A program made the position numbers and the translations under genes. DNA of 63,579 nt, the filler included, from Anaerolineae bacterium (lineage in GTDB: Bacteria > Chloroflexota > Anaerolineae > Epilineales > Epilineaceae): NCBI GenBank assembly GCA_029262755.1. It is 6 parts of 6 records of this genome, joined end to end, with 100 filler letters (N's around TTAATTAATTAA, not from the genome) between each part and the next. Parts side by side here need not be neighbours in the genome. Positions count along the whole stretch, not along the records: positions 30,625 to 39,969 come from JAJCYU010000125.1; positions 40,070 to 55,894 come from JAJCYU010000126.1; 4 more parts are not named here. One strand, given 5' to 3'. The stretch's first letter is position 1. Each line of letters starts with the position of its first letter. The notes below the pieces were generated by a model. It was not told the origin of the DNA and searched no databases. It saw only the letters and a list, made by a program, of their open reading frames with translations. Shown in pieces: positions 30,843 to 42,569 of the stretch.

Positions 30843-31976
30843 GTGTTGAGACCCTTCAGGCCGGGCTGGCCAGGGACTATCGGCAGCCGGCTGGTACAGA
30901 CGTCAGCGACTCATGCGGCCGTGTGGGTGATTGCTATGACTGCTCTTGCCCTCGAGTGGCGCACGGAATTCATCGGGGCTGACGGCGCGGTCGTGCATGT
31001 GTCCAGCGTGTATGCTCAGGAGGAGCAGGGCTCGCACTACTTGCTCCTCCCGATCGCGCTAAGTTCCGGAGGCATTGACTCACGAGCTACACAGCCGGCC
31101 CACATTTCTACTCCGACAAGTTCGATTCCACACATGCCGACACCCACAGCGACTTCGATGCTGCGCATTGGGCCACCGAGTACCGTCTACGGTGACTGCA
31201 TCGTTGTTCGGGAAACCCATCGCAACAACGATGCTCTCATCACGGATCGCATTCGCGTCGAATATAATTCTGCGAGCCATACTTTCAGACGCTTCTATGA
31301 CGTCAAGTCCGCAGACGGTACAGACGGTGCCGACGGCATCATAGACAGGCGCTGGGCAGCAAACTACCACGATGAGTGGATGTTACTTGATACATCGTCA
31401 TATCGAGGCGAGTCATCGGATTTTCTCCTTTCCCGCACGGAATATATCTATGACGAGTCGCATCGATTGGTGTTAAGGAGCACTGATGGAGATGGCGATG
31501 GACGTTCTGATACGATAGACACTTATACCTATGACCGTGCCGGTATGCTCATCCAATTCGAAAATGGCGCCCATCGTATTGACTATTCTTATGACCAAAG
31601 TGGTAGGATGATTCGTCAATACGAAGATATAGGAAACGACGGCTCGCCAGATTTTGGCATTCACTATATCTGGGGTGGAGGATTGATTGTGCGCGTGGAC
31701 TACGTTGACGGCAATGGCCAGACCGAATTCAGCGGCAACAGGCTATATGATGCCGCACGTCGACTGGTATTGGCAGAGACGCTTTCAGGGGACTGGGTCT
31801 ATAATTACGCTGACAACGGTTGGGTTTCAAGTGTGGGTTTGTTCAAAGGTGAAAAGTGGGAGTCGACGATAGAGTACGAATATGATGATTCCGGTAGGCT
31901 TACGATCGAGCGCTTTCGTGACCACGTAGGTGATGGCTACTATCGAACCTTCGAAAACGTATGCCCGAGCGAATGA
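30843..31976 (+). CDS. Secreted YD/RHS-like repeat protein
   Basis: YIYDESHRL, YTYDRAGML, YSYDQSGRM, YEYDDSGRL; DGDGDGRSD loops; AT-richer than flanks. Start uncertain. Confidence 0.75.
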   Translation: MLRPFRPGWPGTIGSRLVQTSATHAAVWVIAMTALALEWRTEFIGADGAVVHVSSVYAQEEQGSHYLLLPIALSSGGIDSRATQPAHISTPTSSIPHMPTPTATSMLRIGPPSTVYGDCIVVRETHRNNDALITDRIRVEYNSASHTFRRFYDVKSADGTDGADGIIDRRWAANYHDEWMLLDTSSYRGESSDFLLSRTEYIYDESHRLVLRSTDGDGDGRSDTIDTYTYDRAGMLIQFENGAHRIDYSYDQSGRMIRQYEDIGNDGSPDFGIHYIWGGGLIVRVDYVDGNGQTEFSGNRLYDAARRLVLAETLSGDWVYNYADNGWVSSVGLFKGEKWESTIEYEYDDSGRLTIERFRDHVGDGYYRTFENVCPSE

Positions 31977-32656
31977 ATGTCCGACGACATAGGTGCGATG
32001 ATTGTGCAATGCCGTCGCTGGATGGCGATCCTCTGCCAACCAGCCTGACCACGGCGATTTGCCCACCCCACAGGAGTGGGGCTCATTTCACACTTGGGGG
32101 AGGGCTAGGCTGTGATTGAGCGACACGGCGTCTTAGTTCGGATATCCGTCTGGGTGACTTGAACCAGAGAGGAGGCTCCGATGACGCCGTGTCTGTTAGT
32201 AAGAATTTCCGCTCAATCGCCGAACCTGCAAGAGTATGTGTCGGCGCCTGAGTCCGCCGTGACCATCGACGAAATGGAGAGTGAGGTGGGGCGGCGGCCG
32301 GCTGACAATCGATTGGAGGACGGTGTTTTCGTACACTCCTGACGGGTTGCTGCGGAGCGCACGTACTAGCAGGGGTTCCGACAGCAACGGTGACGAATCA
32401 GCCGCCCGAGTCCGCCCGCGACACCAATGGCATGTTGCCGTAAACAGATTATCGCGCTTCGGCGCGTCGCAAGCCCGCCGCGCGACGGCCTCGCACCAGG
32501 GACCGTCGTCGCGGCTCGGTTACCCAGTGGACCGTGCGTGGCTCGTGCACGAGGGTCGTATCACCGCGCTTCGCTGAGCGCAGGTGCGAGCTCGCTCGGT
32601 TCACCGCTTCGGTCGGGCGGCACCACAGGGCGCCGAGCCCGCCGAGGCGCGCTGGC

Positions 32657-33934
32657 TCACTCCGCGGTCAGCGCAACCCCCGCCAGCACGATCCGCCCCG
32701 CCGCCTCCGCCGCGTCCGCGCTTCTCGCGTGCAGCCACGCCAGCGGTTCGCCGCGCGTAATCGCGTCGCCCACCTTCGCCGCCAGGACCACCCCCACCGC
32801 CGCATCGACGCGCTCGCCCTTGTGCCGCCGGCCGGCGCCGAGCGCGACCGCCGCGTCGCCCACGGCGCGCGCATCCAGGCGCGCGAGCCGGCCATCGTGC
32901 GGGGCGGGCAACGGCGCGATGTGCGGCGCGTGCGGCAGGACAGCGGCCGGATCGTCGACCACCGCGCCGTCGCCGCCTTGCGCCACGACCATCGCGCGCA
33001 GCTTCTCGAGCGCGCTGCCGTCGGTGATCGCTGCTTGCAACGCGGGGCGCACAGCGTCCGGATCCTGCGCCTTACCGGCAGCGACGTGCATCCAGCCCGC
33101 AATCTTCACGCAGAGCTCCGTGAGGTCGGACGGCCCCTCGCCCCGCACACACGCCACGGCTTCGGCCACTTCCAGCGCGTTGCCGACCGCCCGGCCCAAG
33201 GGCTCGTCCATCGCGGAGAGCACCGCGACCACGCGCCGGTCGGCGCGCTCGCCCAGAGCCACCATCGTCTCGGCCAGCGCGCGGGCCGCGTCGCGGGTGG
33301 GCATGAACGCGCCCGCCCCGTACTTGACGTCCAAGACGATGGCCGCAGCGCCTGCCGCGATCTTCTTGCTCATGATCGAGGCGGCGATCAGCGGTAGGCT
33401 GGGTACGGTGCCGGTGACGTCGCGCAGGGCGTAGAGCACGCGGTCGGCTGGTGCGAGGTCGTCGGTCTGGCCGGCGATCACCAGGCCGATCTCGGCCGCT
33501 TGGCGGCGGAAGTCTGCGACGGAGAGATCTACGCTCAGGCCGGGAATGCTCTCCAGCTTGTCGAGGGTGCCGCCGGTATGGCCCAGGCCCCGGCCGCTCA
33601 TCTTGGCCACGGTGAGGCCGGTGGCAGCGGCGAGCGGAGCTACCACGAGGCTCGTCTTGTCGCCGACGCCGCCGGTGGAGTGCTTGTCCACGACGGGGCC
33701 GGGCAGCGCGCTCAGGTCGAGCACGGACCCGCTCTCGGCCATCGCGACGGTGAGATCGGCCGTCTCGGCTTCCGTCATGCCGCGGCACACGACCGCCATC
33801 AGCCAGGCGGCAAGCTGGTAGTCGGGGAGGGAGCCATCTGCCGCGCCGTTCGCCAAAAAGCGAAGCTGCGGGGCGTCGTGAGTACCACCGTCGCGCTTGG
33901 ATTCGATCAGGGACAGCATCGTGGGTGTCGTCAT
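32657..33934 (-). CDS. pdp: Pyrimidine-nucleoside/thymidine phosphorylase
   Basis: DKHSTGGVGDK, KMSGRGLGHTGGTLDKLES, SIMSKK. Confidence 0.95.
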   Translation of the reverse strand: MTTPTMLSLIESKRDGGTHDAPQLRFLANGAADGSLPDYQLAAWLMAVVCRGMTEAETADLTVAMAESGSVLDLSALPGPVVDKHSTGGVGDKTSLVVAPLAAATGLTVAKMSGRGLGHTGGTLDKLESIPGLSVDLSVADFRRQAAEIGLVIAGQTDDLAPADRVLYALRDVTGTVPSLPLIAASIMSKKIAAGAAAIVLDVKYGAGAFMPTRDAARALAETMVALGERADRRVVAVLSAMDEPLGRAVGNALEVAEAVACVRGEGPSDLTELCVKIAGWMHVAAGKAQDPDAVRPALQAAITDGSALEKLRAMVVAQGGDGAVVDDPAAVLPHAPHIAPLPAPHDGRLARLDARAVGDAAVALGAGRRHKGERVDAAVGVVLAAKVGDAITRGEPLAWLHARSADAAEAAGRIVLAGVALTAE

Positions 33935-34029
33935 GGGCGCGAGGGTAGCAGCGCGCTACGAAGCGCGCACTTCGAGTTTGCGAGTAGGCAGCTGGCTACC
34001 TTCAACCGCCGCGACGCCGGCGACGTGCC

Positions 34030-35817
34030 CTACAAGCCCCAAAGCAGATAAATGAACAGCGGCGTCACCGCGGCGAGGATGAGGTTGAGCGGGCCTCCGA
34101 CGCGCACGAAGTCGAGGAAGCGGTAGCCGCCGGGGCCGTAGATCATCGTGTTGGTCTGGTAGCCGACGGGCGTGGTGAAGCTCGTGGACGCGGCAAACAT
34201 CACCGCCAGCACCACGGCCTTGGCGTCCAGGCCCATCGTTGCTGCCGTGGCAATCGCGACCGGCACCATCACCACCACCGCAGCGTTGTTCGAGATAAGC
34301 TCGGTGAGCACCATGGTCATGATGTAGAAGATGTAGAGCACCGCGATGGGGTGAGCGCCGGCGGAGGCGGTCGAGGCGAAGCCGGCCAGGAGCTCCGCGC
34401 CGCCGGTTCTCTCAAGCGCGAGGCCGAGCGGGATGACGCCGGCGAGCAGGAAGATTACGTCCAGACGGACCGCGGCGTGGAGCTCGTTCATCTTCAAGCA
34501 GCCCGTGAGCACCATCAGCACGCAGCCGGCGATCGCGGTGGTCAGGATCGGCATGATGCCCAAGGCCGCCACGACCACCACGCCCGTGACGATCGCCAAC
34601 GCAACGGGAATCTTCTCCTTGCGGAACATCTCCAGCTCCACCTCTTCGGTGACGATGAAGCCGGGCTCGCGCTTGATCTGATCCAGCGCGCTCGCTTCGC
34701 CTTGCAGCAGGAGGGTGTCGCCAAAGCGCAGTCGGACTTCGGTCATCCCTTCGCGCACGAGCGAGCCGTGGTGCTGCAAGGCCAGCACCGTGAGGTTGAA
34801 GCGATTGCGGAAGTTGGTGCTCAGCAGCGTACCGCCCACCAGATCGGAGTCCGGCCCGACCACCACCTCGAGCAGACGCAGCTCCTCCGCGCTTGGTGGC
34901 ACGTCGTGGCGCCGGGCGCTGAGCGACATGGTCAGGCCTTGCATATCGCGCAGCGCAACGAGTTGGTTGCGGTTGGCGCGCAGCACCAGGATGTCGCGAG
35001 CGCGGATTACCTCGTCGCTGAGCAAGAGGCTGAGCCGCTGATCGTCCCGACGAATCTCTAGCACGTGCACGTCAAACTGCTCGCTGAGGCGGCTGGCCAC
35101 GAGACTGCGACCCACCAACGGCGAATCATCCAGCACCCGCACCTCTGTGAGGTACTCCTTGATCTGGTAGCTCTCGGTGACGTCGGCGTCGGTCCTTCGC
35201 TCCGGCAACAACCGGCGGCCGATGGTCAGCAGGTAGAACACGCCCGTAGCAAACACCAGCATGCCGATCCCGGAAAACTCGAACATGCCGAAGGGCCCGA
35301 GGTCCGCCTGCTCGGTTAACGCGCTGGCCAGGATGTTGGTCGAGGTGCCGATGAGCGTGACCACACCGGCAAGCTGGCTGGTGAACGACAGCGGCATCAG
35401 CAGCTTGGACGGAGCTCGACCGTGCCTGCGCGCCATCGCGATCACGAGCGGAATCAAGATCGCGACCGCGGCCGTGTTGTTGATCACCATGGAGATCGGG
35501 CCCACGATGCCCATCACGATCAACAGCTGCCGCGTCTCGCCGGCGCCGGCAATACGAATCGCGTGGCTGCCAAGCACATTGATCGCGCCCGAGCGGTAGA
35601 TGCCGGCTCCCAAGATGAACATGGCCAGCACGGTAATCGTGGCCGGGTTGCTGAATCCGGAGATCGCATCCTCGGCCGACACGCCCAAGAACGGACCCAG
35701 CACGAGGATCACAGCCATCACCCCAAGCGCTACCAGGTCGATCGGGAAGCGGTCGAGGGCGAAGACAATCAACGTGAGTATCAGTAGGCCGAAGACGACC
35801 GCGATCTGGATGGTCAT
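34030..35817 (-). CDS. SLC13/DASS family permease with two TrkA-C domains
   Basis: SGFSNPATIT, INNTAAV, TLIGTSTN, ISNNAA, TPVGYQTNTMIYGPGGYRF. Confidence 0.92.
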   Translation of the reverse strand: MTIQIAVVFGLLILTLIVFALDRFPIDLVALGVMAVILVLGPFLGVSAEDAISGFSNPATITVLAMFILGAGIYRSGAINVLGSHAIRIAGAGETRQLLIVMGIVGPISMVINNTAAVAILIPLVIAMARRHGRAPSKLLMPLSFTSQLAGVVTLIGTSTNILASALTEQADLGPFGMFEFSGIGMLVFATGVFYLLTIGRRLLPERRTDADVTESYQIKEYLTEVRVLDDSPLVGRSLVASRLSEQFDVHVLEIRRDDQRLSLLLSDEVIRARDILVLRANRNQLVALRDMQGLTMSLSARRHDVPPSAEELRLLEVVVGPDSDLVGGTLLSTNFRNRFNLTVLALQHHGSLVREGMTEVRLRFGDTLLLQGEASALDQIKREPGFIVTEEVELEMFRKEKIPVALAIVTGVVVVAALGIMPILTTAIAGCVLMVLTGCLKMNELHAAVRLDVIFLLAGVIPLGLALERTGGAELLAGFASTASAGAHPIAVLYIFYIMTMVLTELISNNAAVVVMVPVAIATAATMGLDAKAVVLAVMFAASTSFTTPVGYQTNTMIYGPGGYRFLDFVRVGGPLNLILAAVTPLFIYLLWGL

Positions 35818-36092
35818 CGATCTCCGTGGACGAGGGTCGGTGGACGGGTGCTCTATCCATCCGGTTGTCGTGACGTACGCGCGGCCCCGCGTCGGAGCCG
35901 CACGCTATCGTGCCGCATCGCGAATCGCCATGTCCATTGTGACGAGGTGAAACAGCCAACCAATTTTCCAGCAACGGCAGGAATCCGCGACGCAGCCGTT
36001 TCGCGATCCTCGCCTTCGAGGCGCTTCGGCTACGCGCTGTGCGCTACCATTGCAGGGTTCCCCTCACGATACGCTCACGCATTGGATCTTCG

Positions 36093-37694
36093 ATGTCTCA
36101 AACCCTGAACGGCAACCCGGAAGCAAACGCAGAACGCCGCACGCCTCGCCTGGACGTCGTCGGCGGAGGTCTAGCCGGTTGCGAAGCCGCGTGGCAGGCG
36201 GCCGAGCGGGGCGTGTACGTCACGTTGTACGAGATGCGCCCGAAGCGTCAAACGCCGGCGCACGCTACGGATCGCCTGGCGGAGCTGGTGTGCAGCAACT
36301 CACTCGGCTCGACGCGACCGGACCGGGCCGGAGGCCTGTTACAGGCCGAGATGCGGCGCATGGGATCGCTGATCCTGCGTGCGGCCGAAGAGTCCGCGGT
36401 GCCCGCAGGCGGTGCGCTGGCCGTGGACCGCGAAGCGTTCGCGGCCGGCGTCACGGAGCGGATCGCGAGCCACCCGCGCATCACGCTCGTGCGCGACGAG
36501 GTGCGCACGGTGCCGGCGGGGCCGGCTGTCCTAGCCACCGGCCCGCTGACCAGCGACGCACTCGCCACCGACCTCGGCGCGCTGCTCGGCGCGGATTACC
36601 TCTACTTCTTCGACGCGCTCTGCCCGATCGTTGAGGCCGATTCGATCGACATGAGTCTCGCCTTTCGCCAGAGTCGCTACGACCGCGGTCAGCAGGAAGA
36701 GGGCGATTACATCAACTGTCCGCTAAACGAAGAGGAGTTCGCTGCCTTCCACGCGGCCTTGATCGCGGCCGAGCGCATCGAGCTACGTGACTTTGAGCAG
36801 GACGGCGAGGGCCAGCCCTTCTTCGAGCGCTGCCTGCCGATCGAAGTGCTCGGTGAGCGCGGCGCGCAGGCACTTGCCTTCGGGCCCATGCGGCCCGTGG
36901 GCCTGCGCGATCCGCGCACCGGCCAACGCCCGCACGCGGTCGTGCAGCTGCGCCAGGACAACATCGCCGGCAGCCTGTACAACCTCGTGGGCTTCCAGAC
37001 CAACCTCAAGTGGGGCGCGCAGGCCGACGTGCTGCGCATGATCCCGGGCCTCGGCGACGCTGAGTTCGTGCGCCTGGGCCAAATGCATCGCAACACCTTC
37101 GTCAACAGCCCGAGCGTGCTTACGCCCCACCTGGCCACCCGCGTCCGGGACGATCTCTTCCTTGCCGGGCAGATCACCGGCATCGAAGGCTACGCGGGCA
37201 ACGCCGCCAGCGGCATCGTCGCCGGCGCGAACGCCGCACGCCGCCTGCTCGGCCAACCGGTCTCCGCACCGCCGCCGGAGACGATGCTCGGCGCGCTGTG
37301 CCACTACGTCACGCACGCCGACGGCAAGCATTTCCAGCCCATGAAGGCCAACTTCGGCATCCTGCCGCCCTTCGCGCCGCCGGTGCGCAACAAACGCCGC
37401 CGCTACCACGCCTACGGCGAGCGCGGTCTGGCAACGCTCGCGTCGTGGCTGGAAGCGTCGAGCTGGAATCCGGCCGGCATGGCGATCGACGCGGATCCCG
37501 CGGTTCAGCCGTCCCATCCGGCGACTTCGCCGGCACAAGCTGCGAAGCACGTCCCGACCAGCGATTCCGCTGATACTGCCGATACCGCGGACACCGTCGA
37601 TTCCAAAATGGGCGACGGCCCCTCCGCTTCCGACCCAACCGAGGCTTCGCCCTCGGCCATTGCGCCCGTCGCCCCAGCGCAGGAGACTGCATGA
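36093..37694 (+). CDS. trmFO: Folate-dependent tRNA U54 methyltransferase
   Basis: [54 protein letters not shown]. Confidence 0.96.
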   Translation: MSQTLNGNPEANAERRTPRLDVVGGGLAGCEAAWQAAERGVYVTLYEMRPKRQTPAHATDRLAELVCSNSLGSTRPDRAGGLLQAEMRRMGSLILRAAEESAVPAGGALAVDREAFAAGVTERIASHPRITLVRDEVRTVPAGPAVLATGPLTSDALATDLGALLGADYLYFFDALCPIVEADSIDMSLAFRQSRYDRGQQEEGDYINCPLNEEEFAAFHAALIAAERIELRDFEQDGEGQPFFERCLPIEVLGERGAQALAFGPMRPVGLRDPRTGQRPHAVVQLRQDNIAGSLYNLVGFQTNLKWGAQADVLRMIPGLGDAEFVRLGQMHRNTFVNSPSVLTPHLATRVRDDLFLAGQITGIEGYAGNAASGIVAGANAARRLLGQPVSAPPPETMLGALCHYVTHADGKHFQPMKANFGILPPFAPPVRNKRRRYHAYGERGLATLASWLEASSWNPAGMAIDADPAVQPSHPATSPAQAAKHVPTSDSADTADTADTVDSKMGDGPSASDPTEASPSAIAPVAPAQETA

Positions 37695-39253
37695 ACCAGC
37701 CTACTTCCCACGACGCGCCCGACAAGCAGGACGATGCAGCACAGCGCGCCGCGGATGACGCACCCGAGAACAACCAGCAAGCGTCCGAGTCACGCTCGGG
37801 CGAGGACGAAGGCGAAGGTGGTCCCAACGTCGACGCCGACGCGTACGACGATGATGACTTCGAGGACGACGAGGACGACGACGACGACCGCGACGACGAT
37901 GGATTGAGCGAGGACGAAGATTCACATGCGTCGCTCGCCGCCGAGTTGCGCGATGTCGATCTCTTCGAGCGCGGATTGTTGGTCGGGGTCGAGCTCTCCG
38001 AAGCGCGGGACGGCTGGACGATCGAGGCCAGCATGGACGAGCTCACGGCGCTGGCCGCTACGGCCGGCGTGGAGATCGTCGGCCGCGCCACGCAGCGCCT
38101 GCGCCGTCCGGTCTCGGCGACCTACGTTGGCAAGGGCAAGGTCAGCGAGATCAAGTCCGCGGCCGGTGACCTCAAGGCCGACGTCGTGCTCTTCGACCAC
38201 GAGCTGAGCCCGCGCCAGCAGCGCAATCTGGAGGCCGAGCTCGATATCAAGGTCTTGGATCGCACGGCCCTGATCCTGGACGTCTTCGCGAAGCATGCGC
38301 GCACGCGCGAGGGCATGCTGCAGGTGGAGCTGGCCCAGAACGAATACCGGTTGCCGCGCCTGACGCGCCTCTGGACCCACCTTGCGCGCCAGGCCGGTGG
38401 ACGTGCCGGCGGCGCCGGAGGTGGCGTGGGTCTGCGCGGTCCGGGCGAGACGCAGATCGAGATCGACCGGCGCCTCATCAGCAGCCGCATCAGCCTCCTC
38501 AACGGCCAGATCGACAAGCTACGCACCCAGCGCAAGCAAAGCCGCAAGAGCCGCGGCCGCGCCGGCCTGCCCGTGATCGCGCTGGTGGGCTACACCAACG
38601 CCGGAAAGTCGACCCTGATCAACACCATCTCGGGCACGCACATCTACGCCGCCGACCAGCTCTTCGCCACGCTCGATCCCACCACGCGGCGCATCGATCT
38701 GCCCAGCGGACGCCCGGCGCTCATGACCGACACCGTGGGCTTCATCCAGAAGCTTCCCACCCAGCTCGTGGCCGCCTTCCGTGCAACGCTCGAAGAGATC
38801 GGCGAAGCGGACCTGCTCCTGCACGTGGTCGACGCCACGCACCCCGACGCGCTCCAACAAGCCGAAACGGTCGAGCACGTCCTGGACGACATGGGCCTCT
38901 CCGAACGCCCGATGGTCGTGGCCGCCAACAAGGTGGACCGCCTGCCCGGCGGCGCGGAGGACCCCTCGCTCGGCGAGCTCATCAGCGCCTACCCGGACCT
39001 CGTGCCCGTTTCCGCCGCCAAGAACAAGGGCGTGCGCAACGTCCTGGCGGCGATCGACGCGGAGCTACGCACCCTGCTAGCCGAGGTCGAGCTGCTGATC
39101 CCCTTCCGCGAAGGCGCCCTGGTCTCGCGCATCCACGAGCACGGCCTCGTCGAGCACGAAGGCCATACGGCGGAAGGCACGCGCCTTCGAGCACGCGTAC
39201 CACTCACGATGTTGGCCTCGCTGGCGTCGTACGAGGTCGAGCCGGCGGACTAG
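37691..39253 (+). CDS. hflX: Ribosome-splitting GTPase HflX with acidic N-terminal extension
   Basis: [38 protein letters not shown]. Confidence 0.96.
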   Translation: MNQPTSHDAPDKQDDAAQRAADDAPENNQQASESRSGEDEGEGGPNVDADAYDDDDFEDDEDDDDDRDDDGLSEDEDSHASLAAELRDVDLFERGLLVGVELSEARDGWTIEASMDELTALAATAGVEIVGRATQRLRRPVSATYVGKGKVSEIKSAAGDLKADVVLFDHELSPRQQRNLEAELDIKVLDRTALILDVFAKHARTREGMLQVELAQNEYRLPRLTRLWTHLARQAGGRAGGAGGGVGLRGPGETQIEIDRRLISSRISLLNGQIDKLRTQRKQSRKSRGRAGLPVIALVGYTNAGKSTLINTISGTHIYAADQLFATLDPTTRRIDLPSGRPALMTDTVGFIQKLPTQLVAAFRATLEEIGEADLLLHVVDATHPDALQQAETVEHVLDDMGLSERPMVVAANKVDRLPGGAEDPSLGELISAYPDLVPVSAAKNKGVRNVLAAIDAELRTLLAEVELLIPFREGALVSRIHEHGLVEHEGHTAEGTRLRARVPLTMLASLASYEVEPAD

Positions 39254-39631
39254 CGGGCAATTGGACGGGGGAGTCGACCGCCTCCGGACCTGGTCGTGAC
39301 CGCTGCCTTCGATCGAGGGGCCGTTTCCGCTCGTACGGTGGCAGCTTCTGCATGCCAAGGGCGTTTCGTTTCCATCCGCTGCGCTTTCTTGAGGAGGCGG
39401 GCGAGCAACCGCACCTAGGGTCTCGGGGCGCCTCGGCAAGTCTGGATTCCAGGAGGCGCGTCCATCCGGCGCGCCGAACGCTTCAAACGCTCGGTCACGC
39501 CCTGCCGCGAGCGAACGTCCCACTCCTCGTACGTCCACGCACCGCTGCGTTCCGTCCTCAAGTCCGGATGCAGGCACGCAGGGATACAGGCACGCGCGCT
39601 GTCCCCGCTTCCGCTCGAGGAGTGTCACGCC

Positions 39632-39969
39632 ATGCCGCATCCACGCCGTCAAGAGGTAGCGCGGGCCCCGTTTGCGGCCGCGCGCCAGCAACGAGGACGG
39701 TGCGCGGGCCTAAACCGACAACCCTGGCGCGTACCGGCCATCCTCGTCGCCGCGCTCCTCGTGCTCGGGCCGTGGAATTCGCCCGGACGCACCGCCTCTA
39801 CGCACGCCCCTCATGCGCCCGGACGCACCGACGACGCGCACCCGGCGCAGGCGCTGCGGGGCGCCGTTGCCGGCTTTCGCGACGATACGCTCGTGCGACT
39901 GCCGGCCTCGGTGCGCACGGGCACGGCCTCCACGATGGATGTCGAGCCCGCGGATCTCGATGGTGACGG
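39632..39969 (+). CDS. Secreted FG-GAP/VCBS-repeat protein, 3' truncated
   Basis: Hydrophobic signal segment, then FRDDTLVRLP...MDVEPADLDGDG at the contig end. Confidence 0.55.
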
Positions 39970-40069
39970 NNNNNNNNNNNNNNNNNNNNNNNNNNNNNNN
40001 NNNNNNNNNNNNNTTAATTAATTAANNNNNNNNNNNNNNNNNNNNNNNNNNNNNNNNNNNNNNNNNNNN
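39970..40069. other. Artificial contig spacer
   Basis: N-run with TTAATTAATTAA. Confidence 0.98.
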
Positions 40070-40211
40070 CCTGACCAAGTCGGGAACCGCTGCATCCGCA
40101 CCAGCGCCCTGCTGTTCCTCAGCAATAGCTCCGCTATTACCTCGTCTCATCAGAACCCTGGAGCGGCGCTTCGGCACCCTTTGTTCGGTCATCTTATTAT
40201 TGGACGCCCCC
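40070..40211 (-). repeat. MITE-like dispersed repeat, copy A (abuts dnaX stop codon; truncated by contig end)
   Basis: Shares TGAGACGA, AATAGC..GCTATTGCTGAGGAACAGC and GCGGATGCAGCG with 55995-56135. Confidence 0.65.
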
Positions 40212-42146
40212 TTAGCCTTCTTCTTCGGGATCGGTCTGGACGCTGGTGATCTGAGCGCCCAACTGCTCGAGGGCGTGGCGCACGACGGGGTCCGCGCCCG
40301 CGCGCTCGGATTTGCTGCGCGGCCGCCCCTTGCGATCGTCAGAGCCGGCGGGCACGACGGTCAGCCGGAGCCGTGGCCTCGTGCCCATGACGTCGCCGAT
40401 CGCCTTCGCGATGGCGGCTTGTCGCGCCGCCTCGCCCGCCCGCTTGCCGTGGAACTCGTAGAAGAAGCCGAGCACGACCTCGTCGCCCTCGATGGAGACC
40501 GGCCGGCAGTCCTTCAGGAGCGCCGCCGTGTTGCGATCGTGCTGCGCGACGGTGGCCAGTACCTTCGGCCACTGCTCGCGCAGCTCTTCAAGCGTCGCGC
40601 CGAAGGGTGTGCCGGGCGCCGTGTCCTTGGATGTACCGGGCGCGGGCGCGGAGGCAGCGGGCGCGGGCGCAGGGGCGGCGGTGCTCGGGGCGGCGCTGGA
40701 GGCGGGGTCCGACTTCGGTTCCGCCTTTGCCCCCGTGCGTTCGTCGGAGACCTGACCTTCGGTCGCCGCGGTCGCCGCGGGAGCGGTCGTTGCCGCAGGT
40801 GCCGCTACCGGCTTCGCCGCTGCCGGCTGCGTCGCGGGAGCGGACGATTCCGCGCTCGAAGCATCGGCCGGCAGCGTTTGAGCCTGCGTCTGCGGCTTCG
40901 CGGCCCGCGGTTTCGGTTTCGAGGCCGTCGCGTCACCAGTCGACGTCGCCGCAGCCGCGGGACTCGCGGCCGCCGGGCTTGCAGCCGCCGGACTTGCCTG
41001 CGCCGGCGCCACGGCCGGGGCCGCGACCGCACCCCCGACGGGCAGCGTCAGGCCGGCGCTCGCGCCCACGTCCAGTACGGCCTCGACGAGCGCCAGCTCA
41101 AGCGGCAGGGTGGGCTGGCTGCGGTCGGGCGACGGACGGGCGTCGTTCACGCGGTGGATCGTGGCGACTAAATGCGAGGTGGGCAGCGCGGCGGCCTGGT
41201 CGCGCATCGTTGCCAGCAGCTCTTCGGGCACGTCCAGCACGCGGTCGTCGGCGCCCGTTTGCAGCAGCAGGAGGCCGCGCAGGTGTTCCAGCAGGCTTCC
41301 GCGCATCTGGGCGGGATCGGCGCCTTGGTCGACGGCCTCACCGATGTGGCGCAGCGCGGCCGCCGCGTCGCCCGCGATGAGCGCGTCCACCATGGCGGCG
41401 ACGCGTTCGCCGCCCGGTGTGCCGAGCGCGTCGCGCACGTGCTCGAGCGTGACGCCGTCGCCGGTGGCGATCACTTGGTCGAGCAGGCTCTCCGCGTCGC
41501 GCAACGAGCCCGTGCCGGAGCGCGCGATGCGCTCGAGGGCCTCCTTGGACGCATCGATGCCTTCCGCGGCGCAGATGACGGCCAGCTTCGCGGCGACCTC
41601 GGTGACGCCGATGCGCCGGAAGTCGTGGCGCTGGCAGCGCGAGAGGATCGTATCGGGAATCTTGTGCGGTTCGGTGGTGGCGAGGATGAAGAGCGCGTGG
41701 TCCGGCGGCTCTTCGAGGGTCTTCAGCAGCGCGTTGAACGCCGCCGTCGAGAGCATGTGGACCTCGTCGATGATGTAGACCTTGAAGCGCGCCTCGTTGG
41801 GCGCGAAGCCGATCTTGTCGCGCAGCTCGCGGACGTCGTCGACGCCGGTGTTGCTCGCGGCGTCGATCTCGATCAGATCCAGCAGCCGGCCGGCCGTGAT
41901 GGCCTCACAGATCGAGCATTCGTTGCAGGGCCGTGCGGTCTCGTCGGCGCCCGTGCAGTTGACCGCCTTGGCAAGGATGCGTGCGACGGAGGTCTTGCCC
42001 GTGCCGCGCAGGCCCGTGAAGAGGTAGGCGTGCGCCATCCGGTCCGTGGCCACCGCGTTGCGCAGGGTGCGGGTGATGTGTTCCTGGCCGTAGACGTCGT
42101 CGAAGGACTGCGGACGCCACCGACGATAGAGCGCCTGGGCGGCCAT
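40212..42146 (-). CDS. dnaX: DNA polymerase III subunit gamma/tau
   Basis: LYRRWRPQSF, GTGKT, CNECSIC, EIDAASN, IDEVHML, SRCQ; long Ala/Pro linker. Confidence 0.97.
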   Translation of the reverse strand: MAAQALYRRWRPQSFDDVYGQEHITRTLRNAVATDRMAHAYLFTGLRGTGKTSVARILAKAVNCTGADETARPCNECSICEAITAGRLLDLIEIDAASNTGVDDVRELRDKIGFAPNEARFKVYIIDEVHMLSTAAFNALLKTLEEPPDHALFILATTEPHKIPDTILSRCQRHDFRRIGVTEVAAKLAVICAAEGIDASKEALERIARSGTGSLRDAESLLDQVIATGDGVTLEHVRDALGTPGGERVAAMVDALIAGDAAAALRHIGEAVDQGADPAQMRGSLLEHLRGLLLLQTGADDRVLDVPEELLATMRDQAAALPTSHLVATIHRVNDARPSPDRSQPTLPLELALVEAVLDVGASAGLTLPVGGAVAAPAVAPAQASPAAASPAAASPAAAATSTGDATASKPKPRAAKPQTQAQTLPADASSAESSAPATQPAAAKPVAAPAATTAPAATAATEGQVSDERTGAKAEPKSDPASSAAPSTAAPAPAPAASAPAPGTSKDTAPGTPFGATLEELREQWPKVLATVAQHDRNTAALLKDCRPVSIEGDEVVLGFFYEFHGKRAGEAARQAAIAKAIGDVMGTRPRLRLTVVPAGSDDRKGRPRSKSERAGADPVVRHALEQLGAQITSVQTDPEEEG

Positions 42147-42569
42147 GCGGGGCTCCTGCGAAGTGGTCAGGGGGAGGAGGATTCGCGCGAGAATCCGAGG
42201 GGAAAGGCCAGTGTAGCAGCGGCCCAAGGGGCGGCAAAGGTACCGTGCATAGGCCGATTCGGCCCATCGCGGACCGCAAGAAATCGCCACGGACGGTCGT
42301 CTCAGCCGTCCGGCCGCTCTCGCCCCATGCCGGCCGTCGCATCCCTATACTTGTGCGACCTCTACGTGCCCGTTGACGTAGAAGGAGTCGAGATCGCGTT
42401 CGCAACCGCATTCGAGATCGAGCATGCGACCCGGCTCGCGAACGACGTCGAGGACGACCACGAAGAATCCGAGCCGCGCAGTGCCGGACTCACGGTGCGA
42501 CACCCACGGTGTGTCACCGTGACACCAACGGTCCGCCGCGCGCGACAGGCAACCCCCAAGGAGCGATCG

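Noticed and set aside
31977..32200. Possible IS end or remnant in AT-richer DNA
   Set aside because: No transposase fragment or paired inverted repeats that I can support.
39254..39631. Riboswitch or ncRNA in the intergenic region after hflX
   Set aside because: No recognisable conserved riboswitch core; the pairings are what high GC content gives by chance.
40212..42146. Programmed gamma/tau frameshift in dnaX
   Set aside because: No A AAA AAG heptamer or long A-run visible.
42147..42400. SRP RNA (ffs), often found upstream of dnaX
   Set aside because: No domain IV motif (CAGG..CGGAAG..AGCAG) seen on either strand.
41172..42569. 5' extension making an 844-aa ORF that overlaps dnaX
   Set aside because: Antisense shadow of dnaX; the credible start is ATG 42570 with AAGGAG.
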